DNA from: Candidatus Nanopelagicales bacterium
Lineage (GTDB): Bacteria > Actinomycetota > Actinomycetes > S36-B12
Assembly: GCA_044336815.1 (NCBI GenBank)
Contig: JBIIOU010000001.1
Span: 1,208-65,207, forward strand
DNA: 64,000 nt
Direction of reading: 5' to 3'
This document shows, piece after piece, positions 27,571-36,499 of the stretch. The notes under the pieces were generated by a model, which was not told where the DNA came from, searched no databases, and worked only from the letters and a program-made list of their open reading frames with translations. Position 1 is the stretch's first letter, and each line of letters begins with the position of its first letter. The translations under genes were made by a program, and so were the position numbers.

Positions 27571-28380
27571 ATGATCGCGGACCAGCAGGCAACCTTGTTC
27601 GCGGCTGATGGCGTGCGCATTAGCGCCTCCCATTTCGCTGCATCAGATAACAATGCGACCCGCGCTTTCGTGGTGGTGCATGGGTTCACGGGTGGGTGGC
27701 GCCAGGAACGGGTCCAAAAAGTTGTGATTCGGTTGCGCGAGTTCGGTGGAGTTGTTGCGCTGGATATGCGCGGTCATGGAAGATCAGGTGGCACTTCAAC
27801 TTTAGGCATGGATGAAGTTCATGATGTAGCAGCAGCGGTTAGCTGGGCGCGGGATCTTGGGTATCAGCGCGTAGTTTCTGTTGGCTTTTCGATGGGGGGG
27901 TCGGTGGTAGTGCGTGAAGCTGCATTGCACCGCGAGGCAAAGGCCAATGTTGATGCGGTGGTGAGCGTGAGCGGCACCGCGTTCTGGTATTACCGCGGCA
28001 CTCCAGTTATGCGACTTGTACATCGAATGGTGGGATCAAAATCTGGTCGAGCCGCAATGCGCGCTCAGGGTGTTCGCATAGGTTCGGCGCCGTGGCCGAC
28101 ACCTGCGCCCATTTCTCCTGTTGAAGCCGCAGCTAGGTTGGGTAAAATTCCATTGCTGGTGGTTCATGGCACCGTCGATTGCTACTTCCCGGTGGAGCAC
28201 GCGCATGCGCTATATCAAGCAGCACTAGTGGGTGGAAGCACGCAATCTGAGGAATGGATCATTGACGGATTCGGTCACGCTGAATCGGCAATAGCTCTTC
28301 AGACGATTGACGAGATAGGGCAATGGGCTGTTAAACACTGCCAAGGGGAGCATCATCAACTGAGAGTTGATTCATTATGA
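27571..28380 (+). CDS. Alpha/beta-fold hydrolase
   Basis: HGFTGG oxyanion region, GFSMGG nucleophile elbow, C-terminal GFGHAE. Confidence 0.8.
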   Translation: MIADQQATLFAADGVRISASHFAASDNNATRAFVVVHGFTGGWRQERVQKVVIRLREFGGVVALDMRGHGRSGGTSTLGMDEVHDVAAAVSWARDLGYQRVVSVGFSMGGSVVVREAALHREAKANVDAVVSVSGTAFWYYRGTPVMRLVHRMVGSKSGRAAMRAQGVRIGSAPWPTPAPISPVEAAARLGKIPLLVVHGTVDCYFPVEHAHALYQAALVGGSTQSEEWIIDGFGHAESAIALQTIDEIGQWAVKHCQGEHHQLRVDSL

Positions 28381-28811
28381 AGGGTTTGTACCTAGTTCTT
28401 GCCATTCTTGTTTTGGCCTCTGCCTTTGGGCTTTGGTATCGCGCAAATAATGGACGTATGCGAACGGCGGATATGCGCACGGCGGGGGCTGATGAGCACG
28501 GCGGTGAAACGTTAGATGCGCAAACGATCGGGGTGGCCTTGGGCACTCGTGCCACATTCGTGCAGTTCTCATCCGCTTTTTGCCAGCCCTGTCGAGCCAC
28601 GAGACAAATTCTCGGGGAAGTTAGCGGCATGGTCGAGGGAGTCGCGCATGTCGATATTGATGCGGAATCAAACCTTGAGCTGGTTAGGGCACTCGATATT
28701 AGGCGCACGCCAACCGTGTTGGTGCTGGATAGTGCGGGGCGCATCCGCAAGCGCGCTAGTGGATTACCGAGAAAAGCTGATGTAATTGCCGCTCTAGGCG
28801 ACCTGGATTAG
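28377..28811 (+). CDS. Membrane-anchored thioredoxin-like protein (ThiX-like)
   Basis: N-terminal TM helix. CxxC motif in FSSAFCQPCRATRQIL. ATGA overlap with the upstream gene. Confidence 0.8.
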   Translation: MKGLYLVLAILVLASAFGLWYRANNGRMRTADMRTAGADEHGGETLDAQTIGVALGTRATFVQFSSAFCQPCRATRQILGEVSGMVEGVAHVDIDAESNLELVRALDIRRTPTVLVLDSAGRIRKRASGLPRKADVIAALGDLD

Positions 28812-28889
28812 TCTGCAAAAGATTTGCAATTAGGCCTGAGTACTTAATAATAAAGGCAGGGTCGTGCCCACCGGAACGGCCAATACCTT

Positions 28890-29387
28890 ATGTTTATGAC
28901 GATTTCAGCCGGCGCAAACGCAGGCCTAACCTCAAAAACTAAATCCGGGCCTTGCACTCGGGTCAGCATTGATCCGCGTGGACCCAGGTTCGGCGGAGGT
29001 ATCACAACTGTGGTGCTGGCCATCGCGCTAATTACCATGGGCACCGCATTTGGTACTGCAGTTCTCGCCTGGCAAACGATTGTTTTTGCCTTGGGGGCCT
29101 TCATCGGATTACGTGCGCAGCCTTATGGCTGGCTATTTCGAACTTTCATTCAGCCACGGCTTCCCGCCCCGGCTGAGTTAGAAGATTCGGCACCACCGCG
29201 GTTTGCTCAACTAGTTGGTTTTGGGTTCTTGGCCGTGGCGCTCGTAACGGCTTTACTCGGTGTCACTTTGGTCTCGACTGTTGCGGTGGCGTTCGCGCTC
29301 GTTGCGGCTTTCCTAAATGCTGCGTTCAATTTCTGCCTGGGCTGCGAGGTTTTCATTCTCGGCAAGCGCTTAACACGGTCAAACTGA
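28890..29387 (+). CDS. DUF4395-family membrane protein
   Basis: DPRGPRFGGGITTVVL, APPRFAQLVGFGF and the C-terminal FNFCLGCEVF are the family hallmarks as I remember them. Confidence 0.75.
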   Translation: MFMTISAGANAGLTSKTKSGPCTRVSIDPRGPRFGGGITTVVLAIALITMGTAFGTAVLAWQTIVFALGAFIGLRAQPYGWLFRTFIQPRLPAPAELEDSAPPRFAQLVGFGFLAVALVTALLGVTLVSTVAVAFALVAAFLNAAFNFCLGCEVFILGKRLTRSN

Positions 29388-29388
29388 A

Positions 29389-29763
29389 TCAATAAGTGAG
29401 TGCCTGCACGCCGGGTTGGATAGCTTCCTCGACAAAGACTGCGGCACCGGCAATTCGGATACCGGGTATTAGGTCTTCTGGGCTAATCCCACGACGTTGT
29501 GCGCATTGGGTGCAAACGGTGACGGATCCGGCGGCCAAAATCCCGGAGAGCAGATCTGCCAGTGGTGCTGCATGCTCGAGGACAAACTCTTCGGCACGCC
29601 CCGGTAGTGCGAACCAAGCGGCTTCACCCGTTAGCCAAAGTGAGATACCAACACCAGATGCAGCAGCCACTGCGGCCACGGTAAAGCCTTGCGAACAGCG
29701 TTCTGGGGCATCGGCACCGACCATGACTTTGATCAGCAATTGACGTGACGTGGATTCACTCAT
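29389..29763 (-). CDS. DsrE/DsrF-like sulfur-relay family protein
   Basis: About 124 aa from ATG 29763 (MSESTSRQLLIKVMVGADAPERC...). Conserved Cys-containing TVCTQCAQRRG near the C-terminus. Confidence 0.65.
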   Translation of the reverse strand: MSESTSRQLLIKVMVGADAPERCSQGFTVAAVAAASGVGISLWLTGEAAWFALPGRAEEFVLEHAAPLADLLSGILAAGSVTVCTQCAQRRGISPEDLIPGIRIAGAAVFVEEAIQPGVQALTY

Positions 29764-29899
29764 GGGTAGTAGGCTGCCGCATATGCTTGAGGCCCTCTCC
29801 GCCGCCCTGCTCATCGCGGCCACCTTGCTAATTGCCGGTGGTTCTAGTTTCCTCGTCTACCGCCTGATTAGCGGGCCCGTGACGGGCGGCGAGTAACCC

Positions 29900-30448
29900 G
29901 TGGCCGCGACACCAGTTGGCGTGCTACCTCCAGAGCTACTGCCTCTTTCGTGGCTGCTTGGGAGTTGGGTTGGCGTTGGTACCGGCCAATACCCGACCAT
30001 CGAAGATTTTCGTTTTGGCCAAGAGATTTCATTCGCTTTCGATGGTCGCCCGTTTCTTTCCTACTGGTCACGAAGTTGGCTACTTGATGATGACGGTAAC
30101 CGGGTGCGTCCGCTCGGAACCGAAGCGGGATTCTGGCGCCCCCGCCCAAATAATCGACTGGAAGTACAACTGGCACACCCGACTGGTTTTGCCGAAGTTT
30201 GGTACGGCCAAATTGAGGTTACTGGCATAGAGGACGCCGTTATCACCGGTGCTAGGGCCGAATTGCGAACTGACGTCGTTGCGCGCACCGAAAGCGCGAA
30301 AGAGTACACCGATGGCCAACGGCTTTATGGTCTAGTGGGAGGCCAATTGCTATGGACATTTGACATGGCAGCAATGGGCCAAAGCATGACCAATCACCTA
30401 GCGGCTACTTTGTTCCAAGTTAGCGAAGGAGATCTCGGTGGCGAGTGA
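29900..30448 (+). CDS. FABP-family / nitrobindin-like haem-binding beta-barrel protein (Rv0813c-like)
   Basis: LSWLLGSWVGVGTGQYPTIEDFRFGQEISF is the typical N-terminal signature. Confidence 0.75.
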   Translation: MAATPVGVLPPELLPLSWLLGSWVGVGTGQYPTIEDFRFGQEISFAFDGRPFLSYWSRSWLLDDDGNRVRPLGTEAGFWRPRPNNRLEVQLAHPTGFAEVWYGQIEVTGIEDAVITGARAELRTDVVARTESAKEYTDGQRLYGLVGGQLLWTFDMAAMGQSMTNHLAATLFQVSEGDLGGE

Positions 30449-30887
30449 AGATTGGGATCGACGCCTGCACGAGCACGGTTTTCGCATTACCCCGCAGCGC
30501 CAATTAGTCCTTGAAGCGGTCGAGCGGTTACAGCATGGGACACCTGAAACTATTTTGGTCGAAGTTCAGCGAACCGCTACCGGGGTAAACCTATCAACGG
30601 TTTATCGCACCCTCGAGGTCCTAGAGAGTGTCGGACTAGTTACCCATGCACATATTGGGCACGGGGCCCCGACCTACCACGCGGTTGATGAAGAACTTCA
30701 CATCCACCTGGTGTGCGATCGCTGCTCTGCGGTCGTCAGCGTCCCCGCCGCTGTTGCATCAACTTTTGTCGAGCGCCTGCGAAGTGAACAAGGTTTCACC
30801 ACGGATATCTCGCATATGGCGATACATGGGCACTGCGCAAAGTGTGAAGGCAAGTCAGGTGAAGATTTAACGGACGACGAATTGTGA
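30438..30887 (+). CDS. Fur-family metalloregulator
   Basis: Winged-helix N-domain (ITPQRQLVLEAV). His cluster HAHIGHG. Cys pairs CDRC ... CAKC. It overlaps the upstream gene by 11 nt. Confidence 0.85.
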   Translation: MASEDWDRRLHEHGFRITPQRQLVLEAVERLQHGTPETILVEVQRTATGVNLSTVYRTLEVLESVGLVTHAHIGHGAPTYHAVDEELHIHLVCDRCSAVVSVPAAVASTFVERLRSEQGFTTDISHMAIHGHCAKCEGKSGEDLTDDEL

Positions 30888-31861
30888 CTTCATTGGGTTT
30901 GCCGCACGCGGTCGCCGGCCCCGCCGGCACCGCCGACGAGTCAATCGCTTGGCATTTCGGGGATCCGCATCGTGAGCAGCGGTTACTCGTTGAAGGCATT
31001 GGCATCGTAGACATCTCAAATCGCGGAGTTGTCACGGTGACAGGCCCCGATCGCTTGACTTGGTTACACACGCTAACAACCCAGTACCTTGAAAACCTCC
31101 AGCCGCATGAGTCGGCGCTCGTCCTAATTTTAAGCCCACACGGTCATGTAGAGCATGAACTGCACCTGGTTGACGACGGCGAGACCTCGTGGCTAATTGT
31201 TGAGCCGGGCACTGCGGATTCGCTAGAAAAATATTTGATATCAATGCAATTCATGTTGCGCGTAGAAATTAGCAATGTCACTTCGCAATTCGCAGTGGTG
31301 TGGGAGCCAATTGCTGCAGTAGATCCGCTGCACCCGACCTGGCTGGTTCCCGAGCCTTTTGCCGGTCGCGGACTGCTCGGTCGTGAGGTTATTATCCCGC
31401 GCGCAGATTTGAATTCGCGGCTCGAGAAGGCCCCGGCGCAATCCGGCAGTTGGGCGCTAGAGGCCTTGCGGGTGGCGGCAACCATGCCAAGGATGGGTGC
31501 TGAGACTGATCACAAGACCCTGCCGCACGAGGTGGGATGGATTGGCTCGGCGGTACACCTACAAAAGGGCTGTTACCGCGGTCAGGAGACTGTTGCGCGG
31601 GTACAAAATCTGGGTAAGCCGCCACGGCGCCTAGTTCTGCTACATCTTGATGGTTCGGCTGAAATTCTTCCCGGCCACGGTGCGCCAGTCTTTGCGGGCG
31701 ATAAAGAGGTGGGTTGGGTTGGCACCGGAGCCCGTCATTATGAATTTGGTCCGGTGGCTACCGCCATAGTTAAACGAAATGTTCCCATTGAGGCGGTACT
31801 CACAATTCATACCGACGAGGGCGAAGTACCCGCGGCCCAGGAAAATTATTTGACAATTTAG
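30884..31861 (+). CDS. ygfZ: Folate-binding YgfZ-family protein (Fe-S cluster maintenance)
   Basis: Signature KGCYRGQE. GcvT-like fold pattern. GTGA overlap with fur. Confidence 0.85.
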   Translation: MTSLGLPHAVAGPAGTADESIAWHFGDPHREQRLLVEGIGIVDISNRGVVTVTGPDRLTWLHTLTTQYLENLQPHESALVLILSPHGHVEHELHLVDDGETSWLIVEPGTADSLEKYLISMQFMLRVEISNVTSQFAVVWEPIAAVDPLHPTWLVPEPFAGRGLLGREVIIPRADLNSRLEKAPAQSGSWALEALRVAATMPRMGAETDHKTLPHEVGWIGSAVHLQKGCYRGQETVARVQNLGKPPRRLVLLHLDGSAEILPGHGAPVFAGDKEVGWVGTGARHYEFGPVATAIVKRNVPIEAVLTIHTDEGEVPAAQENYLTI

Positions 31862-31895
31862 GTTTAAGACTGGATCGGCTGGGTATACCTAGGAC

Positions 31896-33935
31896 ATGTT
31901 CTCAACTACAGATACCCGAATTCATCGCAATACCGCAATTTCGCTCGTATTGGGCGTAATTCTCACCACCTTGGCCGCGGCCGGGGTTGGGGTGATTGCT
32001 GCCCCTACCGCATCGGCAGCTAGCGGATTGCCGGCCTTGCCACTGTCAACAAGTGGCAGCAAAATCGTTGATGCCACCGGGGCAACCATTACTTTGCAAG
32101 GCGTCAACTGGTTTGGTTTCGAAACCGCCAACCACGCACCCCACGGCTTATGGAGCCGCGACTACAAGGAAATGCTGGCGCAGATCAAAGCCCAAGGCTT
32201 CAACACCATCCGGATGCCGTTCTCTTTGCAGGCGATGGCGGCTTCAACAACCAGCGGCATTGATTATGCGAACGGGCGAAATGCGGCTCTTGCCGGCAAG
32301 ACCCCGCAACAGGTGATGGATGTAATCATTGATGAAGCCGCGAATCAAGGTTTGATGATCATTCTCGACAACCACTCGCAAGCTGATGACGGCTTTATGT
32401 ATGACCTTTGGTACGGGCAGAACGGTTATACCGAGGCCAATTGGGTCGCCACCTGGCAGGCGCTCGCCAAACGCTATGTGAATAAGCCCAATGTCATCGC
32501 GGCTGACCTGAAGAACGAACCCCATGGTTCGGCTACTTGGGGGACCGGTGGTGCTACCGACTGGCGCCGTGCTGCAGAACTCGCTGGCAATGCCGTGCTT
32601 GCCCAGAACCCCAACATGTTGATTATTGTTGAAGGTATTGAGGGTCAAGTTGCTGGCGGGCAAAAACTTGATAGACATTGGTGGGGCGGCAACCTTGAGG
32701 GCGCGCGCGCGCATCCGGTGCGCCTATCAAAGTCGAATAAGCTTGTTTACTCACCACATGAGTACGGCCCGGGAGTATTCGCCCAGCCCTGGTTCTCTGA
32801 TCCGAATCAAGCATCAATCTTGGCCGACCGTTGGACAAAGGGATTCGGTTATCTGGCGGACTCGGGCACTGCACCGATTTTGATCGGTGAGTTTGGTGCC
32901 AAGAACGTCGGTTTGGACACCACTGAAGGTCGATGGATCAGACAGTTCGCGGACTACCTAGGGCGCAAGAATATGAGCTGGACGTTCTGGTCATGGAATC
33001 CTAACTCCGGTGATACCGGTGGTGTGCTGTTGGACGATTGGAAGACGATAAACACCGCCAAGATGGCCTTGCTACGTTCGTTGATAAATAAAGAGGCCAT
33101 TGCATTTGACGGCACGGTGACTCCATTGCCGACCCCATCTGCAACAGCCACGCCAACGGCTACACCGACAGCAACTCCGACGGCTTCACCGACCGCAGCT
33201 CCGTCAAATCCGGGGATCACCAAAGGGGTGATTACGTCAAAAATCGTTACTGACTCATCGTGGGCTGGTGGCTGGTGCGGGAAACTCGGCGTTCAAAATG
33301 GCACCACTAATCGGATCATCATCGACAGAATCGAGTTCGACCTTTCTGCCGGTGGGACAATTTCGACATCGTGGAACGGCACCTTTGTGCGGTCGGGTAA
33401 TCACGTGATTGTCACCCCACCAAGTTGGGCCAGCGCTAATGCCGGTACCGCCTTCACCGATACCGGGGTTTGTGTGACCGGTGCTGCTCCGGCGGCGGTA
33501 ACGGCAACAACGCGTACGGTCGGTGGCGCGACACCGGCACCGACGGTTACTCCGACACCGACGGTTACTCCGGTACCGACGGCTACTCCGGTACCTACAC
33601 CCACACCCACGGCCTCGACTGGTTCAGTCATCGCGGTCACCATGGTGAAGGATTCGACCTGGGATGGCGGCTACTGCCGCAGTGTGCAAACCAAGAACAC
33701 TGGGTCACAAGCCATTAACGGTTGGGCACTGCGTTTTAGCTTGCCGACGTCGGCAGTTATCTCGCAGTCTTGGAGTGGCACGCTTACCCGATCTGGTACC
33801 GCAGTAACAGTGAATCCGGCTGCTTGGGCGGCTCAGCTGGCACCTGGCCAAACGGTTACCTCATTTGGTTTTTGTGTTACCACAGCGAGTAACACAAATG
33901 GTTCGGCAGAGCCAGCGGGGGTATCCGCGAGTTAG
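31896..33935 (+). CDS. Secreted GH5 endoglucanase with two C-terminal CBM2 cellulose-binding modules joined by Pro/Thr linkers
   Basis: Signal peptide. GH5 motifs GVNWFGFET, LKNEPHG (acid/base) and IGEFG (nucleophile). Two CBM2-like modules (W..G...C ... FGFC) follow the PT-rich linkers. Confidence 0.88.
   Translation: MFSTTDTRIHRNTAISLVLGVILTTLAAAGVGVIAAPTASAASGLPALPLSTSGSKIVDATGATITLQGVNWFGFETANHAPHGLWSRDYKEMLAQIKAQGFNTIRMPFSLQAMAASTTSGIDYANGRNAALAGKTPQQVMDVIIDEAANQGLMIILDNHSQADDGFMYDLWYGQNGYTEANWVATWQALAKRYVNKPNVIAADLKNEPHGSATWGTGGATDWRRAAELAGNAVLAQNPNMLIIVEGIEGQVAGGQKLDRHWWGGNLEGARAHPVRLSKSNKLVYSPHEYGPGVFAQPWFSDPNQASILADRWTKGFGYLADSGTAPILIGEFGAKNVGLDTTEGRWIRQFADYLGRKNMSWTFWSWNPNSGDTGGVLLDDWKTINTAKMALLRSLINKEAIAFDGTVTPLPTPSATATPTATPTATPTASPTAAPSNPGITKGVITSKIVTDSSWAGGWCGKLGVQNGTTNRIIIDRIEFDLSAGGTISTSWNGTFVRSGNHVIVTPPSWASANAGTAFTDTGVCVTGAAPAAVTATTRTVGGATPAPTVTPTPTVTPVPTATPVPTPTPTASTGSVIAVTMVKDSTWDGGYCRSVQTKNTGSQAINGWALRFSLPTSAVISQSWSGTLTRSGTAVTVNPAAWAAQLAPGQTVTSFGFCVTTASNTNGSAEPAGVSAS
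33541..33594 (+). repeat. 18-bp tandem repeat x3 encoding the second Pro/Thr linker of the cellulase
   Basis: CGACGGTTACTCCGACAC / CGACGGTTACTCCGGTAC / CGACGGCTACTCCGGTAC read directly. In frame (PTVTPT-like units). Confidence 0.85.
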
Positions 33936-33976
33936 TGCAGTAGTTCAGTGGCAGGTGTCGCTGGTCAGGGCGTCCG

Positions 33977-34456
33977 TTAACCGTCAACTTCGACGGTAAT
34001 AGTAAATGGGCCGTCGTTGACCAGCGACACTTGCATATCGGCGCCAAAGCGCCCGGTAGCAACGTCAACACCCCGGTCGCGCAGCGTCTGAATAAATACA
34101 TCAATGAGTGGCTCGGCCACCGGACGCGGTGCCGCTTGATCCCAAGTGGGCCGGCGCCCCTTTTTGGTTTCTGCGTACAAAGTGAATTGACTTATGACAA
34201 GGACTGGCAGCTTTAGATCTGACGCCGAAAGTTCGCGGCTCGCATCAGCTGGCAGCTCGACCCCAACAGCCCTCGCGTGCTCATGCGAGAAGAGTCGCAT
34301 GTCATAAATCTTGTCGGCTAGTGCCGTGGCCGCTGCCTTAGTGTCGGAATGAGTTACCCCAATCAAGATCACCAGGCCCGGCCCGACAATTGCACCGACC
34401 ACTTCGCCGTCGACGCTCACTTGGCCGCCAGCTGCTCGTTGCACCACCGCTTTCAT
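33977..34456 (-). CDS. dtd: D-aminoacyl-tRNA deacylase
   Basis: MKAVVQRA N-terminus, GLVILIGV and SQFTLYA motifs. Confidence 0.88.
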   Translation of the reverse strand: MKAVVQRAAGGQVSVDGEVVGAIVGPGLVILIGVTHSDTKAAATALADKIYDMRLFSHEHARAVGVELPADASRELSASDLKLPVLVISQFTLYAETKKGRRPTWDQAAPRPVAEPLIDVFIQTLRDRGVDVATGRFGADMQVSLVNDGPFTITVEVDG

Positions 34457-34574
34457 GGGGGACAGCGTGCCATTAGTCGGGCAGGGCTGGGCTGGCGCGG
34501 GCTAGTGAGGGTGCGCTAGCCCCCGTTAGCACCCGCGTTTGCAAATGCAAGCACTTTGGGTGCATACTGCAGTT

Positions 34575-34949
34575 ATGGCGAGAATCGATGTGAGTGGGAT
34601 CGGCGGGTTCATCCGCGAGCAGCGCGACCAGGCGCAGATGTCAGTGCGTCAGTTGGCAAAGGCCGCAGAAGTCTCCAATCCGTACCTCAGTCAGGTCGAA
34701 CGAGGCCTACGCAAGCCCAGCGCCGAGATCCTGAGCCGGATCGCACAGGGACTGCGGATTTCCGCGGAGACCTTGTACGTACGGGCGGGCATATTGGCTC
34801 AGCGCGAGGGGGATGAGGTCGTCACCACTGCGATCGCCTCAGACGCCACCCTCACCGAGCGGCAGCGAGCGACGCTGTTGCAGATCTACGCCGCTTTTCA
34901 GTCTGAGAACCAGGCGCAAGTAACACCACGAGAGGATGAGGAATCATGA
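34575..34949 (+). CDS. XRE-family helix-turn-helix transcriptional regulator (Rv0474-like)
   Basis: IGGFIREQRDQAQMSVRQLAKAAEVSNPYLSQVERGLRKPSAEIL is an HTH_3 domain. ATG 34575 is preferred over the upstream ORF-track start. Confidence 0.85.
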   Translation: MARIDVSGIGGFIREQRDQAQMSVRQLAKAAEVSNPYLSQVERGLRKPSAEILSRIAQGLRISAETLYVRAGILAQREGDEVVTTAIASDATLTERQRATLLQIYAAFQSENQAQVTPREDEES

Positions 34950-35263
34950 CAAGTAAGGAATACGTACCGGCCAAGAAGGTAGCGGCTGCCGCTAAGGCCA
35001 CCACGTCAAAGGTCGCACATTCGGCTAAGGCGAGTCTGCCATTTGATCTTCCCAAGTTCGATCTACCTAAGTTCGATCTACCTAAGTTCGATCTACCTAA
35101 GTTCGATCTACCTAAGTTTGAGCTTCCCAAGGTTGATCTTTTAAACCTGAATCTCAGCTCGATGGCAACAAGTGCTCGCACGCGGGTAGAGACCAAGACC
35201 GCGGACGTACGCAACTCGGTGAATCACGGCGTTACTTTGCTGCGCGAGGCAGTTGGTATCTAA
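34946..35263 (+). CDS. Small Lys/Ala-rich protein with tandem (F/V)(D/E)LPK pentapeptide repeats, unknown function
   Basis: ATGA overlap with the XRE gene. N-terminus PAKKVAAAAKATTSKVAHSAKAS, followed by FDLPK x5, FELPK and VDLLN. Confidence 0.65.
   Translation: MTSKEYVPAKKVAAAAKATTSKVAHSAKASLPFDLPKFDLPKFDLPKFDLPKFDLPKFELPKVDLLNLNLSSMATSARTRVETKTADVRNSVNHGVTLLREAVGI
35042..35146 (+). repeat. 15-bp tandem repeat, about 7 copies (4 perfect copies at 35057-35116)
   Basis: TTCGATCTACCTAAG is repeated head-to-tail. The flanking copies are degenerate (TTTGATCTTCCCAAG, TTTGAGCTTCCCAAG, GTTGATCTTTTAAAC). Confidence 0.95.
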
Positions 35264-35348
35264 GAAAAGTAGATTCAGTAAAGGACGGGCTCGAGCCACT
35301 TGGCACGGGCCCGCCCTTCGTCTGACGGCCCTGTAATAACGTTCTCCT

Positions 35349-35630
35349 ATGTTCGGTGCCGTGCAGGACTTAGTGATGCTCGCGCTATGGGTGATTACCT
35401 TTGGCGTAAAAGCTTTTGCTTTCGTTGATTGCCTGCGCCGGCGCCCCGATGCATTTCCAGCGGTTGGCCGCCAGACCAAAGTGCTTTGGATGATCCTCAC
35501 CGGCTTAGCGGCACTTACCGGTGTATTGCCACAGCTAACCCTGACAATCTTTGGCATTGCCGGCATCGTGATCGCCTTAATTTATCTCTTCGATATCCGA
35601 CCGCGAATCATCGATATCACCAGGCGCTAA
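35349..35630 (+). CDS. DUF2516-family small membrane protein (Rv0476-like)
   Basis: Three hydrophobic segments. VKAFAFVDCLRRRPDAFPA...K.LW pattern. Confidence 0.7.
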   Translation: MFGAVQDLVMLALWVITFGVKAFAFVDCLRRRPDAFPAVGRQTKVLWMILTGLAALTGVLPQLTLTIFGIAGIVIALIYLFDIRPRIIDITRR

Positions 35631-35717
35631 TTCGCCCGGGACGGCTTTTTAAAGCCCGTATTGCATAGCAGGCTACAAATTTAGGCTTTGACAGTATTCA
35701 AAATCTTGGGCCCAGCG

Positions 35718-36479
35718 CTATTTCTTGCCCTGCGCTGCAACTGCCGCGGCCGCGGTAATGGCGGCATCTGGGTCTAGGTATTGGCCACCGGGCACGATTG
35801 GCTTTAGGTCATCATCTAGTCGGTACACAAGTGGGATACCGGTGGGGATGTTGAGCGAGGCAATGTCGTGGTCTGAAATTCCGTCAAGGTGCTTAACCAT
35901 GGCACGCAGTGAGTTACCGTGCGCAGCGACCATCACGGTCATTCCAGCGCGAAGATGTTCGGCGACGATGACATCCTGCCAGTAGGGCATCAAGCGCTCA
36001 ACAACATCGGACAAGCATTCGGTGGCTGGCAGCGCCTCTGGAGGTAGCGCAGAGTACCGCGCGTCACCGGTTTGGGCCCATTTGTCATGTGGGTCAATCG
36101 GCGGCGGCGGGACGTTGTAGGAGCGCCGCCACAGCATGAATTGCTCTTCGCCATATTGCTCGAGGGTTTCCTTCTTGTTCTTACCCTGCAGTGCTCCGTA
36201 GTGACGCTCATTTAATCGCCAATTTCGAGCCACCGGTATCCAAAGCCGATCGCACGCATCGAGGGCAAGCTGCGAAGTCTTGATCGCGCGCTGCAGAACT
36301 GAAGTGTGGACAATATCGGGAAAAATGCCAGCTTCTGCTAGTAACTCGCCACCCCGTGTGGCCTCAGCCCGACCCTTGTCGGTTAGATCTACATCGACCC
36401 ACCCGGTGAATAAGTTCTCGGCATTCCAGACGCTCTCACCGTGGCGCAGCAGGATCAGGGTGTAGGGGGCATTGCTCAT
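35718..36479 (-). CDS. gpmA: 2,3-bisphosphoglycerate-dependent phosphoglycerate mutase
   Basis: [25 protein letters not shown] catalytic motif. Full-length match to the dPGM pattern. Confidence 0.93.
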   Translation of the reverse strand: MSNAPYTLILLRHGESVWNAENLFTGWVDVDLTDKGRAEATRGGELLAEAGIFPDIVHTSVLQRAIKTSQLALDACDRLWIPVARNWRLNERHYGALQGKNKKETLEQYGEEQFMLWRRSYNVPPPPIDPHDKWAQTGDARYSALPPEALPATECLSDVVERLMPYWQDVIVAEHLRAGMTVMVAAHGNSLRAMVKHLDGISDHDIASLNIPTGIPLVYRLDDDLKPIVPGGQYLDPDAAITAAAAVAAQGKK

Positions 36480-36499
36480 GGGTACATCCTGCCGGATAG

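Noticed and set aside
35042-35146. The regularly spaced 15-bp repeats could be mistaken for a mini CRISPR array.
   Set aside because: The repeats are directly abutting with no spacers and are far shorter than CRISPR repeats. They lie in frame inside an ORF, and no cas genes are present in the window.
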